A stretch of 64,000 nucleotides of DNA, taken from positions 558,001-622,000 of the forward strand of contig OZ037843.1 in assembly GCA_964035575.1 (NCBI GenBank). The letters run 5' to 3'. Positions 56,674-64,000 of this stretch are shown here, piece after piece. Under the pieces are notes generated by a model, which searched no databases, was not told the DNA's origin, and worked only from the letters and a program-made list of their open reading frames with translations. The position numbers were made by a program, and so were the translations under genes. The number at the start of each line of letters is the position of its first letter. The first letter of the stretch is position 1. Source of the stretch: Rhynchopus sp. YZ270_cl-10 (lineage: Eukaryota).

Positions 56674-59600
56674 ACGGACCGCTTTCATCGAAACGCGTTC
56701 TTTTGTGAAAAACGGGCCGCTTTCAACGAAACGCGTTCTTTTGTGAAGAACGGACCGCTTTCATCGAAACGCGTTCTTTTGTGAAAAACGGGCCGCTTTC
56801 ACCGAAACGCGTTCTTTTGTGAAGAACGGACCGCTTTCATCGAAACGCGTTCTTTTGTGAAAAACGGGCCGCTTCCACCGAAACGCGTTCTTTTGTGAAG
56901 AACGGGCCGCTTTCATCGAAACGCGTTCTTTTGTGAAAAACGGGCCGCTTTCACCGAAACGCGTTCTTTTGTGAAGAACGGACCGCTTTCATCGAAACGC
57001 GTTCTTTTGTGAAAAACGGGCCGCTTCCACCGAAACGCGTTCTTTTGTGAAGAACGGGCCGCTTTCATCGAAACGCGTTCTTTTGTGAAGAACGGACTGC
57101 TTTCATCGAAACGCGTTCTTTTGTGAAGAACGGGCCGCTTTCACCGAAACGCGTTCTTTTGTGAAGAACGGACCGCTTTCATCGAAACGCGTTCTTTTGT
57201 GAAGAACGGGCCGCTTTCATCGAAACGCGTTCTTTTGTGAAGAACGGGCCGCTTTCATCGAAACGCGTTCTCTTGTGAAGAACGGGCCGCTTTCATCGAA
57301 ACGCGTTCTTTTGTGAAGAACGGGACTCTTTCACCGAAACGCGTTCTTTTGTGAAGAACGGGCCGCTTTCATCGAAACGCGTTCTTTTGTGAAGAACGGA
57401 CCGCTTTCATCGAAACGCGTTCTTTTGTGAAGAACGGGCCGCTTTCACCGAAACGCGTTCTTTTGTGAAGAACGGGCCGCTTTCATCGAAACGAGTTCTT
57501 TTGTGAAGAACGGGCCGCTTTCATCGAAACGCGTTCTTTTGTGAAGAACGGGCCGCTTTCACCGAAACGCGTTCTTTTGTGAAGAACGGGCCGCTTTCAT
57601 CGAAACGAGTTCTTTTGTGAAGAACGGACCGGTTTCATCGAAACGCGTTCTTTTGTGAAGAACGGACCGCTTTCACCGAAACGCGTTCTTTTGTGAAGAA
57701 CGGGCCTCTTTCAGCGAAACGCGTTCTTTTGTGAAGAACGGGCCGCTTTCACCGAAACGCGTTCTTTTGTGAAGAACGGGCCGCTTTCATCGAAACGCGT
57801 TCTTTTGTGAAGAACGGGCCTCTTTCATCGAAACGCGTTCTTTTGTGAAGAACGGACCGCTTTCATCGAAACGCGTTCTTTTGTGAAGAACGGGCCGCAT
57901 TCATCGAAACGCGTTCTTTTGTGAAGAACGGGCCGCTTTCATCGAAACGCGTTCTTTTGTGAAGAACGGACGGCTTTCATCGAAACGCGTTCTTTTGTGA
58001 AGAACGGACCGCTTTCATCGAAACGCGTTCTTTTGTGAAGAACGGGCCGCTTTCATCGAAACGCGTTCTTTTCTGAAGAACGGGCCTCTTTCATCGAAAC
58101 GCGTTCTTTTGTGAAGAACGGACCGCTTTCATCGAAACGCGTTCTTTTGTGAAGAACGGGCCGCTTTCATCGAAACGCGTTCTCTTGTGAAGAACGGGCC
58201 GCTTTCATCGAAACGCGTTCTTTTGTGAAGAACGGGCCGCTTTCATCGAAACGCGTTCTTTTGTGAAGAAGGGACCGCTTTCATCGAAACGCGTTCTTTT
58301 GTGAAAAACGGACCGCTTTCATCGAAACGCGTTCTTTTGTGAAGAACGGGCCGCTTTCATCGAAACGCGTTCTTTTGTGAAGAAGGGACCGCTTTCATCG
58401 AAACGCGTTCTTTTGTGAAGAACGGGCCGCTTTCATCGAAACGCGTTCTTTTGTGAAGAAGGGACCGCTTTCATCGAAACGCGTTCTTTTGTGAAGAACG
58501 GACCGCTTTCATCGAAACGCGTTCTTTTGTGAAAAACGGACCGCTTTCATCGAAACGCGTTCTTTTGTGAAGAACGGACCGCTTTCATCGAAACGCGTTC
58601 TTTTGTGAAGAACGGGCCGCTTTCACCGAAACGCGTTCTTTTGTGAAGAACGGGCCGCTTTCACCGAAACGCGTTCTTTTGTGAAGAACGGGCCGCTTTC
58701 ATCGAAACGCGTTCTTTTGTGAAGAACGGGCCGCTTTCATCGAAACGCGTTCTTTTGTGAAGAACGGGCCGCTTTCACCGAAACGCGTTCTTTTGTGAAG
58801 AACGGGCCGCTTTCATCGAAACGCGTTCTTTTGTGAAGAACGGACCGCTTTCATCGAAACGCGTTCTTTTGTGAAGAACGGGCCGCTTTCATCGAAACGC
58901 GTTCTTTTGTGAAGAACGGACCGCTTTCATCGAAACGCGTTCTTTTGTGAAGAACGGGCCGCTTTCATCGAAACGCGTTCTTTTGTGAAGAACGGACCGC
59001 TTTCATCGAAACGCGTTCTTTTGTGAAGAACGGGCCGCTTTCATCCAAACGCGTTCTTTTGTGAAGAACGGGCCGCTTTCACTGAAACGCGTTCTTTTGT
59101 GAAGAACGGGCCGCTTTCATCCAAACGCGTTCTTTTGTGAAGAACGGGCCTCTTTCATCGAAACGCGTTCTTTTGTGAAGAACGGACCGCTTTCATCGAA
59201 ACGCGTTCTTTTGTGAAGAACGGGCCGCTTTCATCGAAACGCGTTCTTTTGTGAAGAACGGACCGCTTTCATCGAAACGCGTTCTTTTGTGAAGAACGGG
59301 CCGCTTTCATCCAAACGCGTTCTTTTGTGAAGAACGGGCCGCTTTCATCGAAACGCGTTCTTTTGTGAAGAACGGACCGCTTTCATCGAAACGCTTTCTT
59401 TTGTGAAGAACGGGCCTCTTTCATCGAAACGCGTTCTTTTGTGAAGAACGGGCCGCTTTCACCGAAACGCGTTCTTTTGTGAAGAACGGACCGCTTTCAT
59501 CGAAACGCGTTCTTTTGTGAAGAACGGGCCGCTTTCATCGAAACGCGTTCTTTTGTGAAGAACGGGCCGCTTTCATCGAAACGCGTTCTCTTGTGAAGAA

Positions 59601-62600
59601 CGGGCCGCTTTCATCGAAACGCGTTCTTTTGTGAAGAACGGGACTCTTTCACCGAAACGCGTTCTTTTGTGAAGAACGGGCCGCTTTCATCGAAACGCGT
59701 TCTTTTGTGAAGAACGGACCGCTTTCATCGAAACGCGTTCTTTTGTGAAGAACGGGCCGCTTTCACCGAAACGCGTTCTTTTGTGAAGAACGGGCCGCTT
59801 TCATCGAAACGAGTTCTTTTGTGAAGAACGGGCCGCTTTCATCGAAACGCGTTCTTTTGTGAAGAACGGGCCGCTTTCACCGAAACGCGTTCTTTTGTGA
59901 AGAACGGGCCGCTTTCATCGAAACGAGTTCTTTTGTGAAGAACGGACCGGTTTCATCGAAACGCGTTCTTTTGTGAAGAACGGACCGCTTTCACCGAAAC
60001 GCGTTCTTTTGTGAAGAACGGGCCTCTTTCAGCGAAACGCGTTCTTTTGTGAAGAACGGGCCGCTTTCACCGAAACGCGTTCTTTTGTGAAGAACGGGCC
60101 GCTTTCATCGAAACGCGTTCTTTTGTGAAGAACGGGCCTCTTTCATCGAAACGCGTTCTTTTGTGAAGAACGGACCGCTTTCATCGAAACGCGTTCTTTT
60201 GTGAAGAACGGGCCGCATTCATCGAAACGCGTTCTTTTGTGAAGAACGGGCCGCTTTCATCGAAACGCGTTCTTTTGTGAAGAACGGACGGCTTTCATCG
60301 AAACGCGTTCTTTTGTGAAGAACGGACCGCTTTCATCGAAACGCGTTCTTTTGTGAAGAACGGGCCGCTTTCATCGAAACGCGTTCTTTTGTGAAGAACG
60401 GGCCGCTTTCATCGAAACGCGTTCTTTTGTGAAGAACGGGCCGCTTTCACCGAAACGCGTTCTTTTGTGAAGAACGGACCGCTTTCACCGAAACGCGTTC
60501 TCTTGTGAAGAACGGACGGCTTTCATCGAAACGCGTTCTTTTGTGAAGAACGGGCCTCTTTCACCGAAACGCGTTCTTTTGTGAAGAACGGGCCGCTTTC
60601 ATCGAAACGCGTTATTTTGTGAAGAACGGGCCGCTTTCACCGAAACGCGTTCTTTTGTGAAGAACGGGCCGCTTTCATCGAAACGAGTTCTTTTGTGAAG
60701 AACGGACCGCTTTCATCGAAACGCGTGCTTTTGTGAAGAACGGACCGCTTTCATCGAAACGCGTTCTTTTGTGAAGAACGGGCCGCTTTCTCCGAAACGC
60801 GTTCTTTTGTGAAGAACGGGCCGCTTTCACCGAAACGCGTTCTTTTGTGAAGAACGGGCCGCTTTCACCGAAACGCGTTCTTTTGTGAAGAACGGGCCGC
60901 TTTCATCGAAACGCGTGCTTTTGTGAAGAACGGGCCGCTTTCACCGAAACGCGTTCTTTTGTGAAGAACGGGCCGCTTTCATCGAAACGCGTTCTTTTGT
61001 GAAGAACGGGCCGCTTTCACCGAAACGCGTTCTTTTGTGAAGAACGGGCCGCTTTCATCGAAACGCGTGCTTTTGTGAAGAACGGACCGCTTTCATCGAA
61101 ACGCGTGCTTTTGTGAAGAACGGGCCGCTTTCACCGAAACGCGTTCTTTTGTGAAGAACGGGCCGCTTTCATCGAAACGCGTGCTTTTGTGAAGAACGGA
61201 CCGCTTTCATCGAAACGCGTTCTTTTGTGAAGAACGGGCCGCTTTCACCGAAACGCGTTCTTTTGTGAAGAACGGGCCGCTTTAATCGAAACGCGTGCTT
61301 TTGTGAAGAACGGACCGCTTTCATCGAAACGCGTGCTTTTGTGAAGAACGGACCGCTTTCATCGAAACGCGTTCTTTTGTGAAGAACGGGCCGCTTTCTC
61401 CGAAACGCGTTCTTTTGTGAAGAACGGGCCGCTTTCATCGAAACGCGTTCTTTTGTGAAGAACGGGCCGGTTTCACCGAAACGCGTTCTTTTGTGAAGAA
61501 CGGGCCGGTTTCACCGAAACGCGTTCTTTTGTGAAGAACGGGCCGCTTTCATCGAAACGCGTTCTTTTGTGAAGAACGGACCGCTTTCACCGAAACGCGT
61601 TCTTTTGTGAAGAACGGACCGCTTTCATCGAAACGCGTTCTTTTGTGAAGAACGGGCCTCTTTCATCGAAACGCGTTCTTTTGTGAAGAACGGACCGCTT
61701 TCATCGAAACGCGTTCTTTTGTGAAGAACGGGCCGCTTTCATCGAAACGCGTTCTTTTGTGAAGAACGGACCGGTTTCATCGAAACGCGTTCTTTTGTGA
61801 AGAACGGGCCGCTTTCATCGAAACGCGTTCTTTTGTGAAGAACGGGCAGCTTTCATCGAAACGCGTTCTTTTGTGAAGAACGGACCGCTTTCATCGAAAC
61901 GCGTTCTTTTGTGAAGAACGGGCCGCTTTCATCGAAACGCGTTCTTTTGTGAAGAACGGGCCGCTTTCATCGAAACGCGTTTTCTTGTGAAGAACGGGCC
62001 GCTTTCATCGAAACGCGTTCTTTTGTGAAGAAGGGACCGCTTTCATCGAAACGCGTTCTCTTGTGAAGAACGGGCCGCTTTCATCGAAACGCGTTCTTTT
62101 GTGAAGAACGGACCGCTTTCATCGAAACGCGTTCTTTTGTGAAGAACGGGCCGCTTTCATCGAAACGCGTTCTCTTGTGAAGAACGGGCCGCTTTCATCG
62201 AAACGCGTTCTTTTGTGAAGAACGGGCCTCTTTCACCGAAACGCGTTCTTTTGTGAAGAACGGACCGCTTTCATCGAAACGCGTTCTTTTGTGAAGAACG
62301 GACCGCTTTCATCGAAACGCGTTCTTTTGTGAAGAACGGGCCGCTTTCACCGAAACGCGTTCTTTTGTGAAGAACGGGCCGCTTTCATCGAAACGAGTTC
62401 TTTTGTGAAGAACGGGCCGCTTTCACCGAAACGCGTTCTTTTGTGAAGAACGGACCGCTTTCACCGAAACGCGTTCTTTTGTGAAGAACGGGCCTCTTTC
62501 AGCGAAACGCGTTCTTTTGTGAAGAACGGGCCGCTTTCACCGAAACGCGTTCTTTTGTGAAGAACGGGCCTCTTTCATCGAAACGCGTTCTTTTGTGAAG

Positions 62601-63077
62601 AACGGACCGCTTTCATCGAAACGCGTTCTTTTGTGAAGAAGGGACCGCTTTCATCGAAACGCGTTCTTTTGTGAAGAACGGGCCGCTTTCACCGAAACGC
62701 GTTCTTTTGTGAAGAACGGACCGCTTTCATCGAAACGCGTTCTTTTGTGAAGAACGGACCGCTTTCATCGAAACGCGTTCTTTTGTGAAGAACGGGCCGC
62801 TTTCATCGAAACGCGTTCTTTTGTGAAGAACGGACGGCTTTCATCGAAACGCGTTCTTTTGTGAAGAACGGACCGCTTTCATCGAAACGCGTTCTTTTGT
62901 GAAGAACGGGCCGCTTTCATCGAAACGAGTTCTTTTGTGATGAACGGGCCGCTTTCACCGAAACGCGTTCTCTTGTGAAGAACGGGCCGCTTTCATCGAA
63001 ACGAGTTCTTTTGTGATGAACGGGCCGCTTTCACCGAAACGCGTTCTTTTGTGAAGAACGGGCCGCTTTCATCGAAA
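56674..63077. repeat. 38-bp satellite, ~168 monomers (GAAACGCGTTCTTTTGTGAAGAACGG[G/A]CCGCTTTCA[T/C]C)
   Basis: Uninterrupted head-to-tail array with scattered substitutions. Confidence 0.98.
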
Positions 63078-63884
63078 TTTAGTTTTGCTAATCCTTAACA
63101 CTCCCTATTGATCGTGGTTGATGTATGCAAAGATCTGAAAAAACGAACAGATTCCCACGAACATGTGTCAACGACACAACCAACACAACGCTACCGATGT
63201 GTGCGCAACGATCTGAACGCAACGAACTTAACCAACCGAACACAACCAACGCATCTCATCCAACACAACGGAACCGATGCGTGCGTCACTATCTGTGCGC
63301 AACGAACGTAACCAACCGAACACAACCAACGCAACGCAACCGCTCCATACGTTGCGCTCTGTACGTAACGATCTCTACACAACGAACGCAACGCATGCAA
63401 CCGCATGCAACACTACGTAACCTATGTGTACGTAGCGATCTGTATGCAACGAACGCTACGTAACGAACGCAACGCAACCAACGCAACGAGTGGTTACAAA
63501 CCCCCACGCATGGTTCGCACACCGCGTTGGCACGTTTCCCAAGCCGCAAACCCGGTTACCTGCCTGAAAAACCGTGTTTTTGGCCAAAACGCCTGTTTTC
63601 CCTGTAGAATCCTTAAGAACCCTTAAGGAACGCACGGTTCCTAAGTCATTTTACACGTAAACTCGCGACACGAAAATAGGAATTAAAAACTAATCTCTCA
63701 GCGATCTGATTTAGTAAGAACTCGATTTTTGGCCCTATCTTTCCAATGCCGAAAAAATCTTACACTTTGGCGCCTCTGCGAGAAATGTCATTTTTTGGGG
63801 TACCCCGTCGGGGGTGCCAAGGGGTGGGGGGGTACGCCACAAAAGCAACCTTAAAAACCTTAACACAGAGTGTTAAGGAACTAG
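63078..63884 (+). mobile_element. ~0.8-kb insertion in the satellite; Helentron/DINE-like non-autonomous element
   Basis: Subterminal inverted repeats TCCTTAACACTC (63092-63103) / GAGTGTTAAGGA (63868-63879); 3' hairpin CCTTAACAC-AGA-GTGTTAAGG then CTAG; internal AAC-rich degenerate repeats. Confidence 0.5.
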
Positions 63885-64000
63885 TTCTTTTGTGAAGAAC
63901 GGACCGGTTTCATCGAAACGCGTTCTTTTGTGAAGAACGGACCGCTTTCACCGAAACGCGTTCTTTTGTGAAGAACGGGCCTCTTTCAGCGAAACGCGTT
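63884..64000. repeat. 38-bp satellite resumes to window end
   Basis: Same monomer as 56674-63077. Confidence 0.97.

Larger units (their letters stand above)
48418..56674. repeat. Scrambled local segmental duplication
   Basis: 48420-48545 ~ 52020-52145 ~ 56248-56370; 51870-52344 ~ 56100-56676; 48648-48760 ~ 52627-52740; 50440-51175 ~ 53360-53950; 49840-49915 ~ 50322-50400. Confidence 0.88.

Noticed and set aside
56674..64000. CRISPR or coding repeat (ORF 61169-61438)
   Set aside because: Head-to-tail monomers without spacers; the 38-bp unit is not a multiple of 3.

Overview
Eukaryotic nuclear DNA, most likely from a diplonemid or related euglenozoan. This is an inference from the following: every well-supported gene lies on the minus strand (a directional cluster), cis introns are GT-AG, and the gene families are kinetoplastid/diplonemid-type. 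Genes, left to right: a membrane-anchored class III adenylate cyclase that runs off the left edge and is missed by the ORF track; a Cys-rich, (PTPSP)n mucin-like surface protein; a catalytically degenerate cyclase paralogue; an NLS-ankyrin protein; a ubiquitin-like/LRR/NLS protein; a 2-exon mitochondrial dicarboxylate-type carrier; a 4-exon kinesin-3; a Cys/His zinc-finger protein; and two damaged ankyrin copies in a scrambled duplication. Intergenic DNA is dense in palindromic and MITE-like elements. These include a 1.19-kb foldback, an 8-copy spaced hairpin array, a 223-bp tandem chain of two alternating palindromic units and an 8-bp microsatellite. The last ~7 kb is a 38-bp satellite with a 61-mer-offset block duplication, interrupted by an ~0.8-kb Helentron/DINE-like insert. 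No rRNA, tRNA, SL-RNA or true CRISPR-Cas was recognised. All calls are by eye; no database searches were run.
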